DNA of 64,000 nt from an uncultured Acidimicrobiia bacterium (GTDB lineage Bacteria > Acidobacteriota > Terriglobia > Versatilivoradales > Versatilivoraceae): assembly GCA_963786955.1 (NCBI GenBank), contig CAWBAT010000007.1, forward strand, positions 32,001 to 96,000, written 5' to 3'. Made by a program: the position numbers and the translations under genes. The first letter of the stretch is position 1. Every line of letters begins with the position of its first letter. Positions 1 to 10,111 of the stretch are shown here, piece after piece. Under the pieces are notes generated by a model that saw only the letters and a list, made by a program, of their open reading frames with translations, searched no databases and had not been told where the DNA came from.

Positions 1-527
1 ATGACCTGACCATTATTCCCATTGGAGGTCACCAGCAAGGGAAGAACATCTCCCGCCGTGACTTCGACTGTTTCGGTCACGTTGCCGATCACCAAGTCCA
101 GGTCCAGGTTTACTTGCCCCGCAGGTGTGATAACCACACCCGTCTTCTCGAACTTCTTAAAACCAGTGACCTCCGCCACAACAGAATAGACCGAGGAGGG
201 AACGAGGAGACTGAAGACATATTCTCCATCGGAGTTTGTCGTGGTGTTACGCGTGAGGTTTGTTGCCTTATCGATGAGCGACACCTTCACGTTCGGGATA
301 ATTGCGCCATTCGGGTCCCGAACAATACCGCGTAGACTCCCATAGTAGGACTGGCCGAGCAATGTTGCAGGTGTAAACACCATGAACAATAAGACCATCG
401 CTTCAAGAGCCAGAAAACCAAGACCTGCAGAAATTCGGGGGGTAACTCTGACAAAAGGCTTACTGTAGTCATCTGCGAAACCATTCAACGGGAGAAAGGA
501 AATACACTGTTGCATCTTGGGGATCAC
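1..527 (-). CDS. TonB-dependent receptor-like protein with N-terminal carboxypeptidase regulatory-like domain (5' part; runs off window start)
   Basis: Manual translation from GTG at 527 after AAGGAGG: ...LLGQSYYGSLRGIVRDPNGAIIPNVKVSLIDKATNLTRNTTTNSDGEYVF...GFKKF...VTETVEV..., the typical CarboxypepD_reg N-terminus; not in the ORF track because it lacks a stop in the window. Confidence 0.8.
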   Translation of the reverse strand, partial: MIPKMQQCISFLPLNGFADDYSKPFVRVTPRISAGLGFLALEAMVLLFMVFTPATLLGQSYYGSLRGIVRDPNGAIIPNVKVSLIDKATNLTRNTTTNSDGEYVFSLLVPSSVYSVVAEVTGFKKFEKTGVVITPAGQVNLDLDLVIGNVTETVEVTAGDVLPLLVTSNGNNGQV

Positions 528-737
528 GGTAATCCTCCTTATCGGATGTTCAATTTAACCGCAGAATTCAAAACTAAGGTTGCTAATCGAGGTGTGTTAG
601 ATTGTGCTAGCTAGCCAGCAATGCCACTTTTAGGCCTGTAGTGATTCTAGGACACGCAGAAATGTTCTTGAGTTTTTTCGCAAAACCTTCAGAATTCCCT
701 TGATGTAATGTAACTTGCAAGAATTGTAGAGAATATA

Positions 738-754
738 TGCAATCTCTCTGCCAG
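738..754 (-). promoter_or_regulatory. sigma-54 (-24/-12) promoter candidate
   Basis: Minus strand CTGGCAGAGAGATTGCA = GG-N10-GC, about 210 bp upstream of the receptor gene. Confidence 0.55.
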
Positions 755-1009
755 AACTGTCACAGTCTTATGATTCCTTCATAAACGTCTATTTTAATAA
801 TGAGTTACCTAATTATTGCGTAATTATCGGCGTAGACTCAGCACCACGAAAGACACACAAATTATACGAAATGGTGGATTCATATCTGAAATTCTGTATT
901 CTTACTTTTCGAACTCGAACATTCTAACTAATGAAATAAATTGGGCCACAAACGCAAGAGGCGAAACAGAATGCGGCAAACACTTTAATCCTCATCCGCC
1001 GAATTCCCC

Positions 1010-1086
1010 GTAGCGCAGACCCGATTTTAAGGGTCTGCGGTTTTATGGTAGAACCGCCGCAGATTCAAAAGGCAAATCTGCGTTAC
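1010..1086. repeat. Inverted pair of GTAG-type REPs downstream of RAYT
   Basis: GTAGCGCAGACCC-GATTTTAA-GGGTCTGCGG (1010-1040) and opposite-strand GTAACGCAGATTT-GCCTTTT-GAATCTGCGGC (1056-1086). Confidence 0.85.
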
Positions 1087-1152
1087 AAATGCATTTGGTG
1101 GAGGCGACGAACAGTGCAAATGCTTTTGGTGGGTCGAAGGGTCCGAGTGGTT

Positions 1153-1659
1153 TTAGTAGAAACGGGCTTTAGGGTCGAGGGGTAGCTGCGCACGATCGAT
1201 GGCGAGCTTTACCGGTCCGGGTCCCCCGTAAGAATGGATGCTCGACCATGCCCATTCCTCAGGAGTCTTGACCAGAGATCGTTTCACTGGGTTGTGATGA
1301 ATGTAATCGAGGCAGGTGTGGTATTTCTCTACCGTTCTCAGAGCGTGATCAAAAAATCGACCTTGCCAGAGCTGACCTGACTGCTTTCGCTGCAAGTTGA
1401 TTTGAAGAGTAGACCGAACCTTAACGACTTTCATGACCTTGGAAATGGTGAGTGGATGGTGCGGAAAGATTATGGCATGCCAGTGGTCAGGCAGAAAGAC
1501 CCACGCCGTCAGCAGAAAATGGTGAGAGGCACGGGCTGACTGAATAGCCTTGGCTAAACAACCGAAATCTTCTTCACTGAGAAGACGACGACGTCGGCTC
1601 AAAGTACAGGTCACAAAGAAAAACCGGTCAGAAATATACAACCGGCGCAGGCGGGACAT
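1153..1659 (-). mobile_element. REP-associated tyrosine transposase (RAYT, Y1 HUH)
   Basis: FFVTCT, AWVFLPDHWHAI (HUH), LWQGRFFDH, YIHHNPVKRSLV..PEEWAWSS motifs; flanked by GTAG REPs on both sides. Confidence 0.92.
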
Positions 1660-1698
1660 TAGCGGCCACCTCCTTTTCGGTATGTTGAGAGAATAATT

Positions 1699-1848
1699 GT
1701 AGCGCAGACCTGATGTCTAGGTCTGCGGCTTGTTGGTGGCGGTCACGACGAATTACCTGTAGCGCAGACCTGATTTCCAGGTCTGCGGCTTTTTTTAGGT
1801 GGGGGTCACGACGAACTGCCGCAGAGTCAGAAGGCGACTCTGCCCTAC
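1699..1848. repeat. Cluster of three GTAG REPs upstream of RAYT
   Basis: GTAGCGCAGACCTG..AGGTCTGCGGC at 1699 and 1759 (60-bp period, shared spacer motif GGTCACGACGAA), inverted copy at 1818-1848. Confidence 0.85.
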
Positions 1849-1865
1849 AACTGCTTTTGGTGATC

Positions 1866-2885
1866 CTACGTCCGTGAATTCCTAAAATGGTCGAAGCCGG
1901 CGGCGGGAAGTCTGCGGATTCGGCCCGCTTCCTCGATCGAACAGATCCTCTTTTGACCTGTGATCTTGCCAATCTCGTGCACGGGGATGCCGTCGATATG
2001 AGAGGGAACAAGATGGGTCTTTGGGGAGGGGACAGCGAATAATAACTCATAGTCTTCGCCGCCATTCAAGGCATAGTTTATTGGTGATTGTCCCAATTCT
2101 TTTTTCATTGTCGCGGATAACTTTGGGAGTGGAATTTTGGACTCTTCGATTGCGGCGCCGACCTGGCTTTGTTCGCACAAATGGTGCAGATCCGTTGAAA
2201 GCCCGTCGCTGACGTCGATCAAGGCTGAGGCAATTCGATGAGCAGAAAGATATCTTCCAATGACAAGACGAGGATTCGGTCTGAGGTGCCGCTCGATGAA
2301 ATGGTTGCGTGGGCGCGAGGCCTTGGATCCAGTCTTCAGAAGTTCCAAGCCGATCGCCGATTCGCCCAGCGTCCCCGTCACAAATAGAATATCGCCCGGT
2401 CTTGCCCCTGAACGCGTCAACAGTTGGTGGGACTTGACCTCTCCAAGAATTGTCACGTCGATAAACAGGTCTTTGGGGGAAGAGCAAGTATCGCCTCCCA
2501 CGAGCGCAACTCCGTGTCTCGATGCGAGCTGACTGAGTCCACGGTAGAAGTCGACGATGAAGCCGGAAGGGATCTTGGGGGGAATTCCCAAGGTTGTCAG
2601 AGCATAAAGCGGGCTCCCACCCATCGCCGCGATATCGGAGAGATTGACGGCTAGAGCTTTCCATCCGAGATTTCTTGGGGAAGTCCACTCCCTATCGAAA
2701 TGGATGCCTTCGATTAAAGCGTCGGAAGATGCCAACAGCAAATAGCCTGGCCTGGCGCGGAAAGCGGCAGCATCATCGCCAATGGAGAGAAGGAGTCGCC
2801 CCCGAACGGGTTTTCTTTTCTGAGTGATCTGCAGGATTCGAGAGAGGATCCGAGATTCAGCCGGTAACCGGCGCCGTGCGGTCAT
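1866..2885 (-). CDS. thiL: Thiamine-phosphate kinase
   Basis: IGDDAA, EGIHF, GWKALAVNLSDIAAMGG, GGDT, DVSDGL, GGEDYELLF. Confidence 0.95.
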   Translation of the reverse strand: MTARRRLPAESRILSRILQITQKRKPVRGRLLLSIGDDAAAFRARPGYLLLASSDALIEGIHFDREWTSPRNLGWKALAVNLSDIAAMGGSPLYALTTLGIPPKIPSGFIVDFYRGLSQLASRHGVALVGGDTCSSPKDLFIDVTILGEVKSHQLLTRSGARPGDILFVTGTLGESAIGLELLKTGSKASRPRNHFIERHLRPNPRLVIGRYLSAHRIASALIDVSDGLSTDLHHLCEQSQVGAAIEESKIPLPKLSATMKKELGQSPINYALNGGEDYELLFAVPSPKTHLVPSHIDGIPVHEIGKITGQKRICSIEEAGRIRRLPAAGFDHFRNSRT

Positions 2886-5269
2886 CTCTTTTTAGCGGGC
2901 ACAGCCTTTCCAGAACTCAGGCTTTTGATCGCCAGTTTGAGAACCTGGGTCACGTCCTCTACGGGGATGATTTGCAGCGAGGAGCGGACATCACTCGTCA
3001 ATTCATCCAGATCTTTGAGATTTAAGTGGGGGATAATCACCTTCTTGATTTTTGCCCGGCGGGCCGCCAGGATTTTCTCCTTCAGGCCGCCGATTGGAAG
3101 GACATTTCCACGCAGAGTAATCTCTCCGGTCATCGCCACATCCCGGTGAACCGGGCGTCCGGTAAATAGAGAAATCATCGAGGTGGCGAGGGCGATTCCG
3201 GCTGACGGCCCGTCCTTGGGAATGGCTCCTTCCGGGACATGAATATGAATATCCCGGTCCTGGAAATAATCCTCCTGGATTCCGAGGTCTTTGGCATTGC
3301 TCTTGGCGTAACTAAGAGCTGCTTGAGCGGACTCTTTCATGACGTCTCCCAACTTGCCCGTCAACATGAGATTACCCCGTCCTCGCATCGCCGTCGTTTC
3401 GATGAACATGATTTCTCCACCCGTCGGAGTCCAGGCCAATCCCGTGGCAACGCCAATCTGATCTTTCTTTGAAAGCGCGTCCAACAATATCTTGGGAGAG
3501 CCGAGGAATTCATGGACGTTTTCTTTGTTGATCCGGTACAGCTTATCTTTACCTTCAGCCAGACGCATGGCCACTTTCCTACAAACCGAGCCGATTTCTC
3601 TCTCGAGATTTCTCAAGCCGGCTTCCCGCGTATATTGAGAGATGATCGTCTGAATGGCGTTGTCTTTAAAGACAACCTTTTTCAGGGTCAATCCATTTTC
3701 ATTGAGTTGTTTGGGAATGAGATGTTTCTTGGCGATCGCCAGTTTCTCTTCTTCGGTGTAGCCAGAGAGTTCAATGACCTCCATCCGATCGCGAAATGCA
3801 GGCTGGATCGTGTCCAACAGATTGGCCGTGAGGATGAACAGCACTTTAGAGAGGTCGAAAGGCACCCCTAGATAATTATCCCGGAAAGTAGAATTCTGTT
3901 CCGGATCTAAAACCTCGAGCAGCGCCGAAGAAGGGTCGCCGCGATAGTCCATCCCGATCTTGTCGACTTCGTCCATCATGAAGACTGGATTTCGTGATCC
4001 CGCCTGATGAATTCCCTGGACGATTCGGCCTGGCATGGCTCCAACGTAGGTTCGGCGATGCCCTCGAATTTCAGCTTCATCATGAACACCCCCGAGGCTT
4101 AGCCGCACAAATTTCCGTTCGAGGGTTCGAGCGACCGATTTTCCAAGCGAGGTTTTCCCAACGCCCGGCGGGCCCACAAAACACAGGATAGGGCCTTTAA
4201 TGTCTCCCTTAATCTTGCGCACTGCCAGATATTCCAGAATTCTTTCTTTGACCTTCTGCAGCCCGGTATGATCTTCGTCGAGAATTTGCCTGGCGCGCTT
4301 GAGATCTAAATTGTCATTCGTTAAGGCGGACCATGGCAGGGTAACCATCCAGTCGAGATAATTGCGCACCGTTGCGGTTTCGGCCGAATCGGGATGCATC
4401 CGCTCGAGTTTTTTGATCTGCCGCTCACATTCTTCAGTGACCTCCTTGCTCATGTTCGCCTTGGTTATTTTTTCTCTCAGTTGCTGGATCTCTTCAGAGA
4501 ATTCGCTACTTTCGCCCAATTCCTGCTGGATCGCTTTCAGCTGTTGTCGCAAGAAGAATTCGCGCTGCGACTTGTCGATCTCGCCTTTAGCCTGGGTATT
4601 GATTTCCTGCTGAACCGTGAGGAGTTCAATCTCCTTGGTGAGGAACTCATAAATTTTCCGCAATCGGGCCAATGAATCCACCAAGTCCAGGGCCATCTGT
4701 GCATCCGGAGCCTTCAGCTCCAGATTGGAGGCCACTAAGTCAGCCAATCGGCCGGGATCTTCCAGATTGGCAACCAGCACCATGACTTCGGGCGAGATGT
4801 TCTTCCCCAAATTGACCGCTTTTTCCAATGAGCTCCTAACCGTCCGAACCAGCGCGGTGACTTCAAGCGGCGGGTTCTCCAGCGTCGTTTCGGTAATGAC
4901 ATTAATCTTGGCGAGGACGTACGGTTTGGTTTCCTCGTCAAACGTCTCGACCTTGGCACGGGAAAGGCCTTGGGCCAAAATGCGGACTCGTCCGTCGGGA
5001 AGCTTGAGCATCCGCATGATAATGGCGACTGTTCCCATCTGATACAGGTCCTTGGCCAGAGGCTCTTCCAAGTCCATTTCCTTTTGGGTGACTAAGAGGA
5101 TCAATCGATTCTCTGAGAGGGACTGGTCGACAGCCTTGATCGATCGATCACGGCTCACAAACAGCGGGACAATCATAAATGGAAACACGACGATGTCCCG
5201 CAACGCCAGCACTGGCAAGACGTCAGGAATTTTTACTTGAGTTTCCTCGGTTTTTTCTTCTTCTGCCAT
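2882..5269 (-). CDS. lon: Lon protease
   Basis: LON N-domain, GPPGVGKTS Walker A, RRTYVGAMPG, PKDGPSAG catalytic Ser, GGLKEK. Confidence 0.97.
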   Translation of the reverse strand: MAEEEKTEETQVKIPDVLPVLALRDIVVFPFMIVPLFVSRDRSIKAVDQSLSENRLILLVTQKEMDLEEPLAKDLYQMGTVAIIMRMLKLPDGRVRILAQGLSRAKVETFDEETKPYVLAKINVITETTLENPPLEVTALVRTVRSSLEKAVNLGKNISPEVMVLVANLEDPGRLADLVASNLELKAPDAQMALDLVDSLARLRKIYEFLTKEIELLTVQQEINTQAKGEIDKSQREFFLRQQLKAIQQELGESSEFSEEIQQLREKITKANMSKEVTEECERQIKKLERMHPDSAETATVRNYLDWMVTLPWSALTNDNLDLKRARQILDEDHTGLQKVKERILEYLAVRKIKGDIKGPILCFVGPPGVGKTSLGKSVARTLERKFVRLSLGGVHDEAEIRGHRRTYVGAMPGRIVQGIHQAGSRNPVFMMDEVDKIGMDYRGDPSSALLEVLDPEQNSTFRDNYLGVPFDLSKVLFILTANLLDTIQPAFRDRMEVIELSGYTEEEKLAIAKKHLIPKQLNENGLTLKKVVFKDNAIQTIISQYTREAGLRNLEREIGSVCRKVAMRLAEGKDKLYRINKENVHEFLGSPKILLDALSKKDQIGVATGLAWTPTGGEIMFIETTAMRGRGNLMLTGKLGDVMKESAQAALSYAKSNAKDLGIQEDYFQDRDIHIHVPEGAIPKDGPSAGIALATSMISLFTGRPVHRDVAMTGEITLRGNVLPIGGLKEKILAARRAKIKKVIIPHLNLKDLDELTSDVRSSLQIIPVEDVTQVLKLAIKSLSSGKAVPAKKR

Positions 5270-5280
5270 AATGTCGTTGG

Positions 5281-5727
5281 TTAGCTTTCAAGAGAAATAG
5301 TGCGTTCGAGTTGTCTTCGGTTTGGAAGTTTCGGCAGCCAAATCGTGACGAGCCCATCGTGGAGTTTGGCTCGGACCGCATTGATATCAATGGCTGCATT
5401 AATGTACAGGTTTCGGCAGAACTTTCCATAAGAACGTTCTAGGCAGATATAGCGCACTTTGTTCCGGTGGACCGGCTGCCTTTTTTCTCCACTGATTTCC
5501 ATAAAACCTTCCTTAATCACAATATGCAAATCCTTAGCATGTACACCGGGTACCTCTGCTTTGATCACAATTTCATTCGCATCTTCGCTGAGATCAATGC
5601 AGGGGGCCCACTGGCTATTGGAACTCAAGAGCCCTTCAGAGATCCGTTCAGAAAGATAGCTGACCAGTTGACTGACGTCCTCTTGCAGCTTAATCAGTTC
5701 TAAGAATGAAGGGGTAGACCTGAACAT
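5281..5727 (-). CDS. Hsp20/alpha-crystallin small heat shock protein
   Basis: AEVPGV, ISGEK, ERSYGKF.R, AKLHDGLVTI.LPK. Confidence 0.9.
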   Translation of the reverse strand: MFRSTPSFLELIKLQEDVSQLVSYLSERISEGLLSSNSQWAPCIDLSEDANEIVIKAEVPGVHAKDLHIVIKEGFMEISGEKRQPVHRNKVRYICLERSYGKFCRNLYINAAIDINAVRAKLHDGLVTIWLPKLPNRRQLERTISLES

Positions 5728-5891
5728 TAGAGTATTGTCCGCACCCAGTTCCTGTCACGCCAAGCCAACGGCAGCAATTTTACAAATCAATTCGGCACAT
5801 TCAGAAGATCTATGAAAGGGTGTTCTGATTTGCGCAACTTGCCTCGTCCAACGCCAAGTGAACCCTGAATGATCCTGCATGGCGGAAATTA

Positions 5892-6347
5892 TTATTTTAC
5901 TTTAAGAAGCTCTCTCAATTCAGACATGAATTCCTTAATGTCCTTAAAATCGAGGTAGACGGAGGCAAATCGTACGTAGGCGACTTTATCGAGTTTACGA
6001 AGTCTTTCCATTAACATTTCGCCAATCTCACTGGTGGCGCGTTCGCGCTCGTTCGATTCTTGAACGTAAGACTCAATCTCATTGACGATTGACTCCAACT
6101 GCCCGATGCTCACAGGGCGTTTTTCACACGCTTTAAGCAAACCGCCGAGTACTTTCTGGCGTTCGAATTTTTCCCGGCTTCCATCCTTCTTGACAACCAT
6201 ATAAGGAATTTCGTCGATTCGTTCATAACTTGTAAACCGTCGGGTGCAGTCGAGGCACTCACGACGGCGCCGGATCACATCTCCTTCCCGGCTTTCACGT
6301 GAATCAACAACCTTGTCCTCAAGGTGTCCGCAAAATGGGCATTTCAT
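5892..6347 (-). CDS. nrdR: Transcriptional repressor NrdR
   Basis: MKCPFC..., VVDSR, RRRREC..C, ATP-cone, [10 protein letters not shown]. Confidence 0.97.
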   Translation of the reverse strand: MKCPFCGHLEDKVVDSRESREGDVIRRRRECLDCTRRFTSYERIDEIPYMVVKKDGSREKFERQKVLGGLLKACEKRPVSIGQLESIVNEIESYVQESNERERATSEIGEMLMERLRKLDKVAYVRFASVYLDFKDIKEFMSELRELLKVK

Positions 6348-6626
6348 GGTTGAACTCTAAACTTTCAGTTATCCTTATCCCGCCCGGGAGTCCATCACTT
6401 AAAGCAGCTCGGGTCTCCCTGGAGCGGGCCCGAAACGCCAAATCGCCCTAAAAGTAACTAAACTGTAAGTTTAAGTCAAGTTCGAATAAGGCTTAAGCTT
6501 TTATTTATCAATGGATAACAGGCTGTTCGAATCATGTCATGGCAAAAATCGAATTCTTTCTCACCTTGAAAATCCCAGCTGTTTATAATCTGATTAGGAT
6601 TGGGCTTCTCGAGAGAACAGATTTAT

Positions 6627-6652
6627 TGAACCTTCTTTCTTCCTTCTGCGTT
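6627..6652 (+). promoter_or_regulatory. ECF sigma promoter candidate (possible autoregulation)
   Basis: TGAACC-N16-CGTT about 30 bp upstream of the ECF sigma start. Confidence 0.45.
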
Positions 6653-6684
6653 AAATCATTTGAGGTTAAGCCGGGAGCCAACCG

Positions 6685-7284
6685 TTGAAGGATGTGGACG
6701 CGGACATTATTGAGCTGGCCCGAAGGGGTGACCCGGCTGCTTGGGAGCAGATCGTTACCTGCTATACAAGACGAGTCTATAACCTTTGTTATCGATTTCT
6801 GGGGCGTCTTGATCAAGCAGAGGATTTAACGCAGGAGATTTTTCTCAAAGTGTTTCGTAATCTGGAGAGCTATAAAGCGGAATCCGGCCAGTTTCACGCA
6901 TGGATAATTAGCGTTGGGCGGAATTTGCTGATCGATCACTACCGTCAGACTAAAGATGATCGGATCACTGTTTCAACCGAGGAAGACAGTGAATTCAGTG
7001 TGCTCGACATAATCCCGGCGCCTCAGGATAGCCCCCAGAACGAATTAGAACGGGAAGAGAGGGCCCTCTTGTTAAGGAAAGCTCTAAATCTTCTGCCGCC
7101 TCAGCTAAGGGAAGCGGCCATTCTTAGAGATCTCGAAGAATTGAGCTACGAGGAAATCGGCACTATCTTGAAGGTGCCCGAAGGAACAGTGAAATCACGC
7201 ATTAACCGCGCCCGGATTGAACTGGCGAAACACGTTCAGAGGCTGAGAACCCGGTCACGCAGGTTTTCATCAGGAGTTGGGTAG
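6685..7284 (+). CDS. ECF RNA polymerase sigma factor
   Basis: AEDLTQEIFLK region 2; LSYEEIG.IL.VPEGTVKSRINRAR region 4. Confidence 0.93.
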   Translation: MKDVDADIIELARRGDPAAWEQIVTCYTRRVYNLCYRFLGRLDQAEDLTQEIFLKVFRNLESYKAESGQFHAWIISVGRNLLIDHYRQTKDDRITVSTEEDSEFSVLDIIPAPQDSPQNELEREERALLLRKALNLLPPQLREAAILRDLEELSYEEIGTILKVPEGTVKSRINRARIELAKHVQRLRTRSRRFSSGVG

Positions 7285-7289
7285 TCCAA

Positions 7290-7372
7290 ATAGGGATGCC
7301 GTGCTATTTGATGATAGGGTCGTGCAAATAATTGCCCCGGTTGGTGGGGCGTTCAACGAACGCTCCCTGTCA
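7290..7372. repeat. Degenerate GTAG-like REP remnants
   Basis: TAGGGTCGTGCAAATAATTGCCCC and GTGGGGCGTTCAACGAACGCTCCCT imperfect palindromes in intergenic DNA. Confidence 0.35.
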
Positions 7373-7398
7373 GGAGAGGAATAATCAAGAGAACCACA

Positions 7399-8043
7399 AT
7401 GATGGCCGACTGCTTCGAAATTCAGAATCATTTGCCCGATTACATGGATGACCGGCTCAGTGAAGCGATCCTGCTAGCCGTGCGAGCTCATTTGAATCGC
7501 TGTGAATCGTGTTCGCTTCTGCTCCTGGAGATGCAATATACGCTCAGGCTTTGCAAAGATTACCCGGAGCTGGAGCCTCCACCCGCCTTGTTGGAAAAGA
7601 TTCTGGTCCAAACTACCGGCCAGTACGAATTTCTTTCTTGGAGGGACTATTTGCGAGAATTGTTCCGTCCTCTTTTCGTCTCGCCACGGTTTGCCACTGG
7701 GGCGTTATTGGCCGCCATATCTTTATCCGTTGTGTTTAATGGGCTGGGAGTCAACTTAACAAGCCTGAGTCTCAGCGATCTGACTCCCCGTAACCTTGTG
7801 GAAAAAGTCGATCGAGTCATCAATATTGCTTATGACAATGGATTACGCCGACTGAATGACCTCAAGATCCTCTATCAAATCCAGTCTCGACTGGAGGAAC
7901 TGAAAATTCAAGGTGAGGAAGAGAAGGGCGTCCCTCTCGAAAAGGACAAGAGAAAAGAGGGAAGCGGGGTCTTAGAGAATTCGTCAGTGCATCCGGTCAT
8001 TGCTGGAAATGCGGATCACGCAGGTTCAGTAAATCTATTATAG
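7399..8043 (+). CDS. Anti-sigma factor with zf-HC2 (ZAS) domain and one TM helix
   Basis: HLNRCESC (HxxxCxxC), hydrophobic segment, directly after ECF sigma. Confidence 0.85.
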   Translation: MMADCFEIQNHLPDYMDDRLSEAILLAVRAHLNRCESCSLLLLEMQYTLRLCKDYPELEPPPALLEKILVQTTGQYEFLSWRDYLRELFRPLFVSPRFATGALLAAISLSVVFNGLGVNLTSLSLSDLTPRNLVEKVDRVINIAYDNGLRRLNDLKILYQIQSRLEELKIQGEEEKGVPLEKDKRKEGSGVLENSSVHPVIAGNADHAGSVNLL

Positions 8044-8054
8044 GAAGTCATGAT

Positions 8055-8672
8055 ATGAATTGCGCGACTCACCCGGAATTGATCGCAGTGACAAACTGCG
8101 AAGCGTGCTTGAACCCATTTTGCCAGCAATGCCTGATGAAAATTGGGGAGCATACCTATTGCCATTCCTGCTCCAAGCAGAAAGCCGATGAAGGATCCCC
8201 CATGAAAGCGGAAGAAAATTTTTCTCCGAGCGCCGCTTTTTGGCTTGGTTTAATCCCTGGTGTGGGTGCCATCTATAACGGGGAATACTTTAAAGCGTTT
8301 GTCAACGTGATGATCTTTGGGTTCCTTATTTCGCTCGGAAAGAATGAAGGGATCGAAGGATTTAATACCCTGCTTCATCTAATGACAGCAGCCTTCTTTT
8401 TCTATATGCCTCTCGAGGCCTACCATACCGCCAGGCGAAGATTGCTGGAAGCGAGAGGGATTCCTGTTGAACCGGTGAGAAACGAAGCCAGCCAAGGATT
8501 CTGGGCGGGAATCGCGCTGACCGTGATGGGTCTGTTGCTATTTGTGGACCGCTTCGATCCCGGTTTCCTCGGAGCTGCGTTGAAATTTTGGCCACTGGTC
8601 CTGATTGCATTCGGGAGCTATAAGATTTGGGAGCATTTTCAGAGACACGAAACTTCGGAGGAAGGCCAATGA
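8055..8672 (+). CDS. Membrane protein with N-terminal B-box-like Zn finger and C-terminal LiaF-TM/DUF5668-like segment
   Basis: CATHP..C..C..FC..C...YC..C; LGLIPGVGAIYNG; KFWPLVLIAFG. Confidence 0.7.
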   Translation: MNCATHPELIAVTNCEACLNPFCQQCLMKIGEHTYCHSCSKQKADEGSPMKAEENFSPSAAFWLGLIPGVGAIYNGEYFKAFVNVMIFGFLISLGKNEGIEGFNTLLHLMTAAFFFYMPLEAYHTARRRLLEARGIPVEPVRNEASQGFWAGIALTVMGLLLFVDRFDPGFLGAALKFWPLVLIAFGSYKIWEHFQRHETSEEGQ

Positions 8673-10111
8673 GCGCAAGAAAGGGACCGATCGTTGGATC
8701 TGTGATTCTCATCGCGCTGGGGATAATTCTACTGTTGCGCAATTTTATTCCAGATTTTAGACCTCTCGCGGTAATCCTCAGGTATTGGCCGAATTTGTGG
8801 CCATTCTTCGCTAAATATTGGCCAATCATTCTTATTCTTTGGGGAATACAGAAATTATATTGTTATTTTGCCGCATCGGATGATCTGTCGCGGCGTCGCA
8901 AAAGCCTGTTCTCCTCCGGGGATATTGTCTTTTTAATCTTTCTGTTGCTTTTTGGGGCCGCGGTGACCAGCTTCACAAAAGTGCTTAAGAACGGAGCCTG
9001 GCCTTCGTTGGGAGAGGAGTTAAACGTTCATGTCGAAGAAGGCGACTTGGACCTTTTTGGAGCAGGGACAAGGTTTGAATTTGAGGAAGAAGTTTCGCAA
9101 CCCTCTGAGGTCGTCAAAGATACCCGTACGACGTTGAGCATCACGAACAAGTATGGTGGAGTCGAAGTGTCTTCTCATGATCGGCCTGAAATAAGAGTTA
9201 AGCTCAAGAAAAAGATTGCGGCAGAGGATGAGGCTGCGGCGAAAGAGGTTGCATCAGCCCTGAAAATCGTGCTGGTGAAGACCCCCACAGGGTACGCGTT
9301 GTCTTCATCCCGGGACAAGCTGGATAGCGACTCACGCCGGGGATTAAAAACCGACTTCTCTGTTTGGATTCCCAAGTCCGCGTCTGTGGAGGTAAACAAC
9401 AGCTATGGCCCTGTCAATCTCCAAGGAATTTCAGGAGACCAAGAGGTCCGTAATTCCTACGGTCCGGTAGTGATCAAAGACATTGAAGGAGGAATCCAGG
9501 TCGTCAGTAAATATGGGCCCGTAACGGCAGTTAACATTTCCGGGAGTTGCCAGATTGTCAACAAGTACGGGCCAATCGAATTGAACAAGATTGGTGGTAA
9601 GACCGACGTGGAAAATGCTTATGGACCTGTCGCGCTGACCAAAATCAAGGGACCGGTTTCGGTCTCTAACCGTTATAGTGATGTCTCGTGTGGAGAATTG
9701 GAAAGTTCTCTCTCCGTAGATGCCCGTTATGCAAGCGTTCAAGCAACCAATATTAGTGGCGATGTTCAGGTGCAAACTTCTTTCAAGAATGTAAAGCTAG
9801 AAAATGTTCTCGGTGCCATTCGGGTTCAGGAAAAACACGGAGATATTGAAATCAGGAACCAGCAGCCTCCTGTGAAACCGATTTCAATCGAAGCAGAATA
9901 TAGCGAGATTGTGATGACTATCCCAAAAGAGAGTCATTTCGAAATCGACGCCAGTACGAAATATGGAAAGTTTGTCTCCGACTTTGGATCCACGGAAGTT
10001 AAAGAATCGACTTCCGGGACAGTCTCCCGTTTCAGAGGATCTTTCGGAGCAGGCGGACCTACCTTTAACTTGGTGACCTCCTACCACGATATCCATTTGA
10101 GTCCATCTTGA
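8669..10111 (+). CDS. DUF4097 beta-strand-repeat protein with N-terminal LiaF-type TM region
   Basis: GSVILIALGIILLL..YWPIILILWG, then repeated N[SK]YGPV/I units; ATG at 8669 overlaps the upstream stop (ATGA). Confidence 0.8.
   Translation: MSARKGPIVGSVILIALGIILLLRNFIPDFRPLAVILRYWPNLWPFFAKYWPIILILWGIQKLYCYFAASDDLSRRRKSLFSSGDIVFLIFLLLFGAAVTSFTKVLKNGAWPSLGEELNVHVEEGDLDLFGAGTRFEFEEEVSQPSEVVKDTRTTLSITNKYGGVEVSSHDRPEIRVKLKKKIAAEDEAAAKEVASALKIVLVKTPTGYALSSSRDKLDSDSRRGLKTDFSVWIPKSASVEVNNSYGPVNLQGISGDQEVRNSYGPVVIKDIEGGIQVVSKYGPVTAVNISGSCQIVNKYGPIELNKIGGKTDVENAYGPVALTKIKGPVSVSNRYSDVSCGELESSLSVDARYASVQATNISGDVQVQTSFKNVKLENVLGAIRVQEKHGDIEIRNQQPPVKPISIEAEYSEIVMTIPKESHFEIDASTKYGKFVSDFGSTEVKESTSGTVSRFRGSFGAGGPTFNLVTSYHDIHLSPS

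Noticed and set aside
1699-1848. Possible CRISPR array (60-bp period palindromic repeats)
   Set aside because: Only two direct copies plus an inverted one, spacers resemble each other, GTAG ends, adjacent RAYT and no cas genes: these are REPs
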